Notes: generated by a model from the letters alone, not told the origin. A stretch of 64,000 nt of DNA from Ignavibacteriota bacterium (GCA_963801355.1 CAWDEM010000008.1:1984001-2048000); one strand, 5' to 3'. Counted from the first letter of the stretch, positions 30,545 through 39,886 are shown. Made by a program: numbers and translations.

Positions 30545-31128
30545 GTGTGAAGGGTCCAATACTATTTTTGTGCGGAATTCTGGCATCCCTTGCCATTGGA
30601 TGGTTCGCGTTCCCCGCTGCCCTCTACCGGACCGAGGCGCAACCAATGCAATTCAACCATGCCATCCACACGGGCGAACAGAACAGCATGACCTGCGACA
30701 TGTGTCATGAGTTCGCAGAGAACGGCAGCTTCAAGGGCATTCCGGTTATCGCAAAGTGCGCTGAATGCCATTCCGCACCCATCGGTTCGACAGAGTCCGA
30801 GAGGATTCTCGTCGAACAGTACGTGACACCCCAGAGGGAAATCCCGTGGAAGGTCTATTCGCGCCAACCGGACAACGCGTATTTTCCGCACACGGTCCAT
30901 GTGAAAAGCGCAGAGATCACCTGCGACGTGTGCCACGGACCGCATGGTTCCAGCTCTTCGCTCCCCGCGTATCAAGTCAACCGTATCAGCGGGTATAGCA
31001 GGGACATCTGGGGAAGGAACATCTCGGGGATTCCCTCCCAGCCCTGGGAAGGCATGAAGATGGACCGGTGCGTGCGGTGTCATGCCGAGCGCCGGAGAGA
31101 CGACAGCTGCATTGATTGTCACAAGTGA
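30541..31128 (+). CDS. Membrane-anchored pentaheme cytochrome c (QrcA/ActA-like)
   Basis: N-terminal TM; QPMQFNH; CDMCH, CAECH, CDVCH, CVRCH, CIDCH. Confidence 0.9.
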   Translation: MSVKGPILFLCGILASLAIGWFAFPAALYRTEAQPMQFNHAIHTGEQNSMTCDMCHEFAENGSFKGIPVIAKCAECHSAPIGSTESERILVEQYVTPQREIPWKVYSRQPDNAYFPHTVHVKSAEITCDVCHGPHGSSSSLPAYQVNRISGYSRDIWGRNISGIPSQPWEGMKMDRCVRCHAERRRDDSCIDCHK

Positions 31129-31130
31129 AC

Positions 31131-32876
31131 ATGAAGAGATCCATGAAGATTACACGAAGAGAATTGCTGACGTTCGCGGGTGGATCGATCCTCGGCGCCC
31201 TGTTCACGCCCATCCCATGGAAGCTCCTGGACGATAGCTCGATTTGGACGCAGAACTGGTCACTGATCCCCGGTCTTCCCCGTGGCCCGGAGACATATAC
31301 CGCAACCCGATGCGCCATCTGTCCGGGGGGCTGCGCCGTCAGGGCCCGACGTATCAATGGGCAGCCCGTCACGCTTGCCGGCGTTCCCGCAGATCCGCTC
31401 AAGAGCGGAGCGCTCTGTCCCATGGGAATTGCCGGACATCATCTGGCATTCCATCCGCTGCGGCTACGTGATGCCTTCGCGTTCACCGGAAAGAGCCCGG
31501 ACGCAACGCTGGTTCCGATCGGCCTCGATGAAGTCGTATCGAAGGTCTCCCGGACCATTCGGGATCTATCGGCGGCGTCGATGCCAGGTGCCATCGCGAT
31601 TCTTGATCAACGGCCTGGAAGGGCGGTCTCCGGGCTCTACCGGGAGTTCATCGGGACGTGCCCGCAGGGAACCTACATCGTGGCCCCGGGATCTGAAGAA
31701 CCCACGCTGGCCGCTCTTCAAAGACTGTGCAATTTCAACGAGGCATTGCCCGGCTATGACCTCGAGAATACTCGGGTCATCCTGAGTTTTGGATCCGACC
31801 TGCTCGACGGGTGGAGCTCTCCGGGCCGCTTGACCGGTCTCATGCAGAACAGAAATCAGAACGGTCTGCAACTCATCCAGGCGGAAGGCGTCAAATCCCG
31901 CACCGCGCACCAGGCAAACACCTGGCTCCCCGTGATCCCGGGTACAGAGGGAACCCTTGCTCTCTCAATCGGCAACGTGCTTATCCGTGACGGTCTGCAT
32001 TCCCGGGACGTCGAGAAGGGGATCACTGATTTCCAGACATACAAGAAGCTTGTTGCCGGATTCCCGCCCGAGGCCGCTGCGGCTGCAACCGGCATCTCCG
32101 CTCAGGCAATCACAGCGACAGCGCACGCGCTCGCTTCCGGTCCATCAGTGGTCATGGCAGGGTGCAATCCTGCGGGCGGTCCGTTCGACCGGGCCACCGA
32201 GGTTGCGATTGCGGGACTCAACATACTCATCGGGAGCGTTGGCCGGAAAGGTGGCATCACTCTTTATGCCCGCACCCCTTCGGCACACGCATCAACCGTG
32301 CCGGCGGTCGCCCTGGCGGATGTCCCGGACCATTCCATCCGGCTGCTCTTGATCGACGGCGCCGAATCGGGAAATGTGTTCCCCGCGTCATTGCTCAAAC
32401 GGAAACTTACATCCGACGGCGGAACAGTAGTGCTCATGTCTCCGTATCTCGCTCCGCGATCAGGCAGTGCCGACTATTTGTTGCCGTCAGCTGCTGCATA
32501 TGAATCGACGGAAGAACTTTCCACCCCAACCGGTGCAACCCGATCTTCCTTTGCTCTCTCCCTCCCGCTGTTCAAGCAGTCCGAGAAGACTGTTGATCCC
32601 GTGGCATTCCTGGCGAAGCTCGCTGAGGCCGCCGGTCTTCCTCTGCCCGGAGCGACATCCTCGGAAGCCTGCCTCAAGCAGCGTGCCCACGATATCTGGG
32701 TTTCCAAACGAGGATCATTGACTACGGCGGCGGATTCTGCAGTGACCCCTGTACAGGGAATGTCGGGAGAAGAAGATTTGTGGAAGGGATTGTCGGAGGG
32801 AGAATGCTGGATTGACAGCGAAGATCAGCACCCGTCAGTCATTCCGAAGTTCGATCCTCGGTTCGATGACGCCTGA
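31131..32876 (+). CDS. Molybdopterin oxidoreductase-like subunit (QrcB/ActB-like), N-terminal part; apparent frameshift near 32850
   Basis: Tat motif ITRRELL; CAICPGGC...LCPMG Fe-S site; WLPVIPGTEG, ADYLLP. Ends before the molybdopterin dinucleotide-binding domain. Confidence 0.8.
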   Translation: MKRSMKITRRELLTFAGGSILGALFTPIPWKLLDDSSIWTQNWSLIPGLPRGPETYTATRCAICPGGCAVRARRINGQPVTLAGVPADPLKSGALCPMGIAGHHLAFHPLRLRDAFAFTGKSPDATLVPIGLDEVVSKVSRTIRDLSAASMPGAIAILDQRPGRAVSGLYREFIGTCPQGTYIVAPGSEEPTLAALQRLCNFNEALPGYDLENTRVILSFGSDLLDGWSSPGRLTGLMQNRNQNGLQLIQAEGVKSRTAHQANTWLPVIPGTEGTLALSIGNVLIRDGLHSRDVEKGITDFQTYKKLVAGFPPEAAAAATGISAQAITATAHALASGPSVVMAGCNPAGGPFDRATEVAIAGLNILIGSVGRKGGITLYARTPSAHASTVPAVALADVPDHSIRLLLIDGAESGNVFPASLLKRKLTSDGGTVVLMSPYLAPRSGSADYLLPSAAAYESTEELSTPTGATRSSFALSLPLFKQSEKTVDPVAFLAKLAEAAGLPLPGATSSEACLKQRAHDIWVSKRGSLTTAADSAVTPVQGMSGEEDLWKGLSEGECWIDSEDQHPSVIPKFDPRFDDA

Positions 32877-33294
32877 GCACTTCCAGGCACCGTCTGCATC
32901 GGTGAAACCGGCCAAGGGCACATTGAAGCTGATGCCTTTTGGCTGGAGGAACGCGACGATGACGGCCTCTGTGGCGCCGGTGCTCAGCAAGATCTTCCAG
33001 GAATCGCATCTCCGGAGTCTTGGCGGAAGAGTACACCTCAACCCCTCGACCATTGCCGCGAACGCGCTTGCGGACGGGGCCCGCGTGAAAATCAGCACAC
33101 AGTCCGGAACCGTGACAGCCGATGTCGTTGCCGATCCGGCGATCATTCCCGGTGTCATCCACGCCATCGTCGGTCCATCTCCCAACAACACCGCGCACAC
33201 GGATCAACCCGAGGCGGAGGGACTGCTCGGTCTGTGCGTTGTGGGTGCGGACGGTTCATGGAGAATCACTGAAGCAACGATTGCGAGAGCGTAA
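32851..33294 (+). pseudogene. C-terminal molybdopterin dinucleotide-binding domain of the QrcB-like subunit, in a shifted frame
   Basis: VHLNP..LADGARVKIST.SG....V..DPAIIPGVI; no convincing RBS; overlaps the upstream ORF end. Confidence 0.6.
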
Positions 33295-33298
33295 GAGA

Positions 33299-34048
33299 AT
33301 GGAACAGAGCGCAGAATCCAAATCCCGGTATGGCATGGTCATCGACCTTGACCGCTGCACAGGGTGCGGCGCGTGCATGGTCGCATGTGCGGTGGAGAAT
33401 AACGTTGCTCCGGCGGAACAGAAGGCGACGGATCGCACGGGCGACACCTGGTTGCGCGTCTACACGGTAACCAATGGCGAAGGATTCCCGTCGCTTGACA
33501 CGGTATTCATCCCGATGGGCTGCCAGCAATGTGATAATCATACACCGTGCGTCTCCGTCTGCCCGCAAAACGCCGTGGAACTGGACCACGCGACGGGCAT
33601 CGTTGCGCAGATCCCCCAGCGGTGTCTTGGATGCCGCTACTGCATGACGGCATGCCCGTACCATGCGCGATATTTCAACTGGTGGGATCCCCGGTGGCCG
33701 GAAGGCACAGAAACACTGCTCAATCCGGACGTTGCACCCCGCATGCGCGGTGTTGTCGAAAAGTGCAATTTTTGCCATGGGCGCCTTCATACGGCAAGGA
33801 CCAAAGCAGCAGCAGAAGGAAAAAAAGGAATCGAACCCGGCGACTACATCCCCGCCTGCGTTGAAAGCTGTCCCTCACAGGCAATCGTGTTCGGGGACCT
33901 TGCGGATGAGTCGAGCCCCGTTGCGCAGCTGAGCCGGAGCAGTGATGCATTTCAATTTCTTCCCAGACTCGGCACCGCGCCGAAGGTGTTCTATCACTCA
34001 GCGAGGGAATGGGTCCGGAACATGGCCGCACGGGTACCGACGGCGTAA
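33299..34048 (+). CDS. 4x[4Fe-4S] electron-transfer subunit (QrcC/NrfC-like)
   Basis: CTGCGACMVAC, CQQC...PCVSVCP, CLGCRYCMTACP, KCNFC...PACVESCP. Confidence 0.93.
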   Translation: MEQSAESKSRYGMVIDLDRCTGCGACMVACAVENNVAPAEQKATDRTGDTWLRVYTVTNGEGFPSLDTVFIPMGCQQCDNHTPCVSVCPQNAVELDHATGIVAQIPQRCLGCRYCMTACPYHARYFNWWDPRWPEGTETLLNPDVAPRMRGVVEKCNFCHGRLHTARTKAAAEGKKGIEPGDYIPACVESCPSQAIVFGDLADESSPVAQLSRSSDAFQFLPRLGTAPKVFYHSAREWVRNMAARVPTA

Positions 34049-34120
34049 ACACTGAACCCCATCCATAAGGATGGGAATGACAACCCCGCCGTTCACGACG
34101 GGATACAGAGGAACAGGATA

Positions 34121-35347
34121 ATGGATCAGCAGTTCATACCCAGAGGATTGCAGCGGACGTCGTTCACACGGTTTCTGACATGGATTCTCCCGTGGATTCT
34201 CCTGCTGGGCATCGGTGTCTACGCAATGTATCTTTGCCTTGCCGACGGCCTGTATCACACCAACATGGATAACAGGTTTGCCTTCGGGCTCTGGATCTAT
34301 CTTGATCTCACCATCATCGCTCTTGGTGCGGGCGCCTTCTTCACCGGTTTTCTCCTGTATATCCTGAGGAGGGACGAGCTCAAGGCAGTCATCAACAGCG
34401 CCGTGGTTCTCGGACTCATCTGCTACAGCGGCGCCGTCCTCGTGTTGATGGTGGATGTCGGACAACCCCTCCGCGCATGGTTCACCTTCTGGCATCCCAA
34501 CACACACTCGATGCTTGCGGAAGTCACGTTCTGCCTCACCTGCTACCTGACGGTCCTCATCATCGAATATCTCCCTGTGGTGTTGAAGAACCGGAAGCTC
34601 AGACAAATCCCGCGGTTCCTCGTGTTCGAGTTCGAACTGCACAAAGTCATGCCGGTCTTTGCGGGTGTCGGGACGTTCCTGTCCTTCTTCCACCAGGGCT
34701 CCCTGGGCGGGCTGTACGGGGTCCTCGTCGGCCGTCCGTTTTCGTTCCGCGAGGTCCTGGGGATATGGCCGTCCACCTTCTACCTCTTCATCATTTCCGC
34801 GGCGGCTGCCGGCCCGAGTTTCGTTCTGGTGACCACGTGGCTTGTACAGAAACTTTCGGGGAAAAAGCTGGTAAAACCCGAAGTCATGAAATTCCTCGGC
34901 AAGGTGTCTGGGTGGATGCTTATCGTCTATGTGCTGCTGAAGGCTATCGACACACTGTATTGGATCAATCATACCGTGCCGGCAGAGGGTGGGCTTGCGT
35001 ACGCGTTCTATACTTCGCAGGGATTCGGCACGTGGATCCTCTTTGCAGAGATCGTTTTTCTGGGTCTCATCCCCGCCCTGTTGTTGCTGAGCAGGCGGAT
35101 GCGGGAAAAGCCTGCCGTGCTGGTGGGCGCGGCGTTTCTTGTCTGCTGTGGTATCGTGATGAACCGTTTCGTGATGACCATCCAGACTCTTGCGCTGCCG
35201 ACATTGCCCTTTGACCTGATGATGTCCTATGTCCCGAGCTGGCAGGAAGTTGCGACATTTCTCGCTGTTGTCGCCTATGGTGTTCTGGTATATTCTCTTT
35301 CGTTTCGGTATACGACTCTCTTTCCTCAGGAAAGAGACATCCGCTAA
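34121..35347 (+). CDS. NrfD/PsrC-family membrane subunit (QrcD-like)
   Basis: About 10 TMs; GLWIYLD, DVGQPLR, HQGSLGG, NRFVM, YVPSWQE. Confidence 0.92.
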   Translation: MDQQFIPRGLQRTSFTRFLTWILPWILLLGIGVYAMYLCLADGLYHTNMDNRFAFGLWIYLDLTIIALGAGAFFTGFLLYILRRDELKAVINSAVVLGLICYSGAVLVLMVDVGQPLRAWFTFWHPNTHSMLAEVTFCLTCYLTVLIIEYLPVVLKNRKLRQIPRFLVFEFELHKVMPVFAGVGTFLSFFHQGSLGGLYGVLVGRPFSFREVLGIWPSTFYLFIISAAAAGPSFVLVTTWLVQKLSGKKLVKPEVMKFLGKVSGWMLIVYVLLKAIDTLYWINHTVPAEGGLAYAFYTSQGFGTWILFAEIVFLGLIPALLLLSRRMREKPAVLVGAAFLVCCGIVMNRFVMTIQTLALPTLPFDLMMSYVPSWQEVATFLAVVAYGVLVYSLSFRYTTLFPQERDIR

Positions 35348-35365
35348 TGACAGTGGAGGTGCATT

Positions 35366-36199
35366 GTGTTCCCGTTCATCTATGAGTTTCAGTGGACCCC
35401 GTACCATATGGTATTTCTGGGCCTTTTCTTTTCCGTGGTGGTTGTGATCCTCTCCGCCGTGTCGCTAGCGGGGCTGCGCGCATACAAAACACTCCAGCGC
35501 CGGCGTCATGAGGCCGTTCAGTGGGAGGCGGAATTCAAAGACCTGCCTGTTGTAGCGCGCACATGCCGGCATCAGATCGCGGGCGAAGTCGAGCACAGGA
35601 CGTGCAATAACGAATTCGATTGCCGTACCTGTGAGGCGCATAAAGCATTTCTGGCCAAACACACACCCGGGCTGGCTCCAGCCGGCACACAGGAGTCTGT
35701 CTTTGGCTTCTCCATGCCCCTTGACCGGTACTACCACCGGGGGCACACGTGGGTGACGTATGATGGCGACGGGATCTATACCATCGGGTTGGACGATTTC
35801 GGCAACCGGATGATTGGTGCTCCGGAGTCCGTTGAACTCCCCGGCGTTGGAACTGCGTTGAGTGCGAACGGCAGCGGATGGCTTATCAAAAAGGGACGCG
35901 CGGCACTTCGCATCCTCTCGCCCATCGACGGCATGGTGGTGGAGACCGGGTCCACAAAGGATGGCTGGTACCTCAAAGTGCGCGGTGGGGAACCTGAAGT
36001 GGAAACCCGTCACCTCCTGCGCGGAGAGGAAATCAAGCCCTGGATCCTGAGGGAGTTGGAGCGGCTGCAGGGTGCCGTTTCACCGGCAGGCGTGGGTATG
36101 ACTCTTGCCGACGGTGGCGAGCTCGTTTCTGATATGTCGAAACACGCCCCGCATGTCGACTGGGACGGTGTCTGGGGAGAGATGTTCCTGCAGGCGTAA
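35366..36199 (+). CDS. Membrane-anchored Cys-motif GcvH-like protein lacking the lipoyl lysine
   Basis: GGAGG RBS with GTG start; TM; CRH..GEV..RTC.NEFDCRTC; YYHRGHTWV..IGLDDF..SPIDG..GWY; TLADGGE. Confidence 0.8.
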   Translation: MFPFIYEFQWTPYHMVFLGLFFSVVVVILSAVSLAGLRAYKTLQRRRHEAVQWEAEFKDLPVVARTCRHQIAGEVEHRTCNNEFDCRTCEAHKAFLAKHTPGLAPAGTQESVFGFSMPLDRYYHRGHTWVTYDGDGIYTIGLDDFGNRMIGAPESVELPGVGTALSANGSGWLIKKGRAALRILSPIDGMVVETGSTKDGWYLKVRGGEPEVETRHLLRGEEIKPWILRELERLQGAVSPAGVGMTLADGGELVSDMSKHAPHVDWDGVWGEMFLQA

Positions 36200-36205
36200 A
36201 GAGGG

Positions 36206-37567
36206 TTATTCCCTCTGCATGTTGTACTTTTTCAACCGGTCATACAGGGTTGAGCGGTCAATGCCAAGAATGGACGCCGCCTCCTTGATGTTCCCGTGCG
36301 TGCGCTCCACCGTGGCGGTGATGATATCACGCTCCGCTTCCTCCAGCGTGATATTCGCCGGCACGTTCCACGCCGCTTTGCCCTGATCCCGCCCCGCAAC
36401 AAGAAACTCCACATCCTCATCGGCAAGCATCGTGGTCTTGCAGGTGACAATCGCCCGCTCAATGGTGTTTTCCAGTTCACGGACGTTGCCCGGCCATTCG
36501 TGATCCATCAGGATGCGTAACGCTCCCTCGGAGATTCCGCTTATGTTCTTCCCGAGTTCGTGTGAGATCCGCTCGACGAAGTTCCGGGCAAGGAGCGGGA
36601 TGTCTTCCCTGCGTTCCCGCAGCGGGGGTATCTGGATGCTGATCACGTTCAACCGATAGAAGAGATCATCGCGGAATTTTCCTTCGCGTACCGCGCGATC
36701 AAGGTCCACGTTTGTCGCGGCAATCACGCGGACATCCACTTCAATCTCTTCAGTCCCGCCGACCCGGTAGAATTTCCGCTCCTGCAATACGCGCAGGAGG
36801 TCCATCTGCAGTTTCGACGAAATGTCACCGATCTCGTCCAGAAAAAGCGTCCCGCCATCCGCCATCTCAAATTTCCCTTTGCGCTGTGAGGCTGCGCCGG
36901 TGAACGAGCCCTTTTCATGGCCGAAGAGTTCGGATTCAAGGAGCGTTTCGGGAAGAGCGGCGCATGAGACGGTGATGAACGGTTTCGCCGCCCGGTCACC
37001 CGAGAAATGGACGGCCCGGGCGATCAACTCCTTGCCCGTGCCGCTCTCCCCCTGGATGAGTACCGTGCTGCGCAATCCGGCGACATCCCTCACCAGATCA
37101 AAAATCTTTCCCATTTTCGGGCTTTTGCTGAGGATGTCATGAAAGCTGTACTGTTTCGTGAGTTTCTTCCGGAGAATGGAATTCTCCCTCTGCAGGTTCT
37201 TGACCCTGATAATCCTGTTGACGAGAAGGGATATTTCCTCGGGGTTGCAGGGTTTGACGATGTATTCCTGTGCCCCTTCCTTCATCGCTGTGATCGCGGT
37301 GTCCACCGTTGCGTAGGCAGTCACAATGATGATGGATGCCTCCGGATGGATCTTCCGGATTTCCATCATTGTCTCGATGCCATCGATGCCACCGGGCATC
37401 TTCAAATCAATGAAATAGATCGCATAGTCGAGGTGCGCGGCTTTGTCGATGGCCTCCCTGCCCGACACTGCGGTATCGACGTTGTAACCGTCTTCCCGGA
37501 GCCATGCCGCAAGCGACTCGCGCATCACTTCTTCGTCGTCCACCACCATGATATGCCAGTGATTCAT
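36206..37567 (-). CDS. Sigma54-dependent response regulator (NtrC/AtoC family)
   Basis: REC domain; GESGTGKE, ESELFGHEKGSFTGA, FLDEIG, FR.DLFYRL, WPGNVREL; Fis-type HTH. Confidence 0.96.
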   Translation of the reverse strand: MNHWHIMVVDDEEVMRESLAAWLREDGYNVDTAVSGREAIDKAAHLDYAIYFIDLKMPGGIDGIETMMEIRKIHPEASIIIVTAYATVDTAITAMKEGAQEYIVKPCNPEEISLLVNRIIRVKNLQRENSILRKKLTKQYSFHDILSKSPKMGKIFDLVRDVAGLRSTVLIQGESGTGKELIARAVHFSGDRAAKPFITVSCAALPETLLESELFGHEKGSFTGAASQRKGKFEMADGGTLFLDEIGDISSKLQMDLLRVLQERKFYRVGGTEEIEVDVRVIAATNVDLDRAVREGKFRDDLFYRLNVISIQIPPLRERREDIPLLARNFVERISHELGKNISGISEGALRILMDHEWPGNVRELENTIERAIVTCKTTMLADEDVEFLVAGRDQGKAAWNVPANITLEEAERDIITATVERTHGNIKEAASILGIDRSTLYDRLKKYNMQRE

Positions 37568-38103
37568 ACAGTCCTCGTCTTTTCCTCAACAAGCGTGATG
37601 CAATTACTGCACAATTCCGTGCCTTTGGCGTCCACCTGTCGGACATTGTTCGAGAGTGACATCGGACAGCCGGTGTCTGCGCAATGTGTCAGGCCGACCG
37701 TATGCCCGACTTCGTGCACTGCCTCCTTCACGGCCCGTGCGGCGGTGAGGGAGGGATTGGGAGGCAGACCATAGAATTCCTGTTGCAGACGAGCCACTGA
37801 GACGACCGCGGCCGGAGCACCCAGTTGGGCTTGCCCGAGCACGAAGCTGAGCATAGGAATGAACAGGTCCCTGCTGGAAATCGCCAGGAGGCTCACCGCG
37901 TCAGGCGGCACACGGGCCACAAGTTGACGCAGGATGTGCGCGGAACTGAACTGTCTGCGCTGCGGGTCAAAGGCGTAGTCAGGTCCCGGCAACGGGGACA
38001 GGCGCTTCACCTCATGACCGTACACGCGCTGGAGTCCATGTTCTATTGCGGTCAGGATGTCTTCCTCAATCCCGCCCAGTGCAACGATATACATCGATTT
38101 CAC
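37564..38103 (-). CDS. Archaemetzincin-family Zn metalloprotease
   Basis: HEVGHTVGLTHC....CPM.....VD.K...LC..C; LSFVLGQA. Confidence 0.9.
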   Translation of the reverse strand: MKSMYIVALGGIEEDILTAIEHGLQRVYGHEVKRLSPLPGPDYAFDPQRRQFSSAHILRQLVARVPPDAVSLLAISSRDLFIPMLSFVLGQAQLGAPAAVVSVARLQQEFYGLPPNPSLTAARAVKEAVHEVGHTVGLTHCADTGCPMSLSNNVRQVDAKGTELCSNCITLVEEKTRTV

Positions 38104-39743
38104 AAGACCCGTTCCGGCGCGAAAGGTACTGCAGCCGGTGCAGCCTGGACGGGTTCGACGGGCAGCGTTACCTTGAACACGGTGCCTTCGCCCACGATGC
38201 TGCGCATCTCGATGTCACCCCCGTGTGCCTGAACAATGCCGTAGACCACAGCAAGCCCGAGCCCCACCCCTTTGCCTTCCCCTTTCGTCGTGAAGAAAGG
38301 AGTGTACAGTTTCGCGATATTCTCCGGGGCAATCCCGTCGCCGGTATCGCTGACCTCGAGGACCAGTGAATTATCGACCGGCTCGTGAGAAGTCCGGACC
38401 GTCACGCGTGCGTCGGCTTTGTTCTGGGTCGCTTCGGCACCGTTCATCACCAGGTTGATCAGCACCTGCTGCATCTGGGAGGCATCACACGTAACGAGCG
38501 GAAGTTGCTCGTCCAGCTGAAGATCCATCGCGACGCCCATCAATTTCAACTTGTGCCCTATCAGATTGACGGTGGTCCGGACGACGGCGTTGAAGTCCGT
38601 ATTCGCACGCTGATGCGGTTTCGATCGCCGGGAAAACGCAAGCAGGTCCTGCACGATCCTGCCTACCCTGCTGGTCTCGTTGACTACCTGCGTCAGGTAC
38701 TTTTTGAACTCCTCGATCCTCTGCGGCGGTATACCATCCTCTTTCACCATGCGCTGCATCAGCATGGAAAGGTTCAGCACCCCCGAGAGCGGGTTGTTGA
38801 TTTCGTGTGCAACACTCGCGGAGAGCTGCCCCAGGGAAGCAAGCCGGTCACTGCGCAACAGCTTCTGATGAGCAACCTTCAGCTCTTCGGTGCGTTGATC
38901 CACTTTCGTTTCGAGTCCCTGGGTAAATTCGTTCAACTTGTTGATCGCCTCGTTCAGTCTCACGCGCATGGTGTCAAAAGTCTGTGCGAGTTCTCCGAGT
39001 TCCTCCGAGGAATCGATATCGACCGGCTTGTCGAGGTTCATCTTGCTTACCGCCCGGATTCCTCCTATGAGCTTCTGAATTGGCGCTGTAACATACCTTC
39101 GTGTAAAGAAGATCGTAAAGACCGATATCAGGAGAACCAGTATGGCGGAAACAATAAGCACCCGGTCCTGGACCGTGCTGATCTCCGCATCGACGGTGCG
39201 AAGGTCAAGGGCGACGTCGACAACACCCAGGACATTCAATGCCGCCGGATGGGCGTGACAGTCTGCATTGCTGCAAGCGGGTTCGTTGTACACCGGGGTC
39301 ACGATCTCGAGGGCGCGCGTGCCGTCCGGGGAACGGAAGACGCGCGTACGCGCGGGCATATCCACCCGCACGAGAGGACTCCCTGATGCGTGGCAAATGG
39401 CGCACGCCTCCGATTGCTTGTCCACTCTGGCGGAATCGCCGGGAGCAGTGGAGAACATCACCCGCCCCTCTTTGTTGAAGATGCGGATGCGGTTGATCCC
39501 CTGCTTGGTGGCGATTGTCTGCATGATATCGTACGCCCGCTCCCGTGTGTCGGCAAGCATGGCGTGCCAGGTCGCACTCACAATGCTGCCCGAAAGCTGG
39601 TCGGCACCTGTGATCATTGCATCCAGAAGTTGACGCTCCTGGGTTTTCATATGGTAAATCCCTGACGCCACGCCGACGAGCATGACAATCACTGTCAGGG
39701 GAATTATGAGCTGTAGAGAGAGCTTCCGCGGATAAAGTTTCAT
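38100..39743 (-). CDS. Sensor histidine kinase with heme-c-type periplasmic domain and HAMP
   Basis: CAICH and CSNADCH between two TMs; HAMP; VAHEINNPL, NLVMNG, PFFTTK, GLGL. Confidence 0.92.
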   Translation of the reverse strand: MKLYPRKLSLQLIIPLTVIVMLVGVASGIYHMKTQERQLLDAMITGADQLSGSIVSATWHAMLADTRERAYDIMQTIATKQGINRIRIFNKEGRVMFSTAPGDSARVDKQSEACAICHASGSPLVRVDMPARTRVFRSPDGTRALEIVTPVYNEPACSNADCHAHPAALNVLGVVDVALDLRTVDAEISTVQDRVLIVSAILVLLISVFTIFFTRRYVTAPIQKLIGGIRAVSKMNLDKPVDIDSSEELGELAQTFDTMRVRLNEAINKLNEFTQGLETKVDQRTEELKVAHQKLLRSDRLASLGQLSASVAHEINNPLSGVLNLSMLMQRMVKEDGIPPQRIEEFKKYLTQVVNETSRVGRIVQDLLAFSRRSKPHQRANTDFNAVVRTTVNLIGHKLKLMGVAMDLQLDEQLPLVTCDASQMQQVLINLVMNGAEATQNKADARVTVRTSHEPVDNSLVLEVSDTGDGIAPENIAKLYTPFFTTKGEGKGVGLGLAVVYGIVQAHGGDIEMRSIVGEGTVFKVTLPVEPVQAAPAAVPFAPERVL

Positions 39744-39886
39744 AAGGGGTTGCCGTGCATTTGTGCCTGCCCAATCACCAAAAATGTACCAAAAAAGATT
39801 GAGAAATCCATGAGCGGACAGCAGGGGTTCAGGTGGGGGGATTCAGGTGGGGCTGGCTTCCGCGCGACCGGGATGAAGGAATAATG

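Noticed and set aside
33998-35407. 469-aa antisense ORF opposite the NrfD-like gene
   Set aside because: Shadow frame of a well-supported gene in GC-rich DNA; no motifs.
29570-36199. Calling the H-fold genes gcvH (glycine cleavage) or lbpA (sHdr)
   Set aside because: The lipoyl Lys is absent at the aligned position, and no gcvP/T/L, shdr or lipoylation genes are in the window.
39828-39852. TTCAGGTGGGG duplicated at 14-bp spacing upstream of the heme kinase
   Set aside because: Only two short copies; cannot be distinguished from chance.
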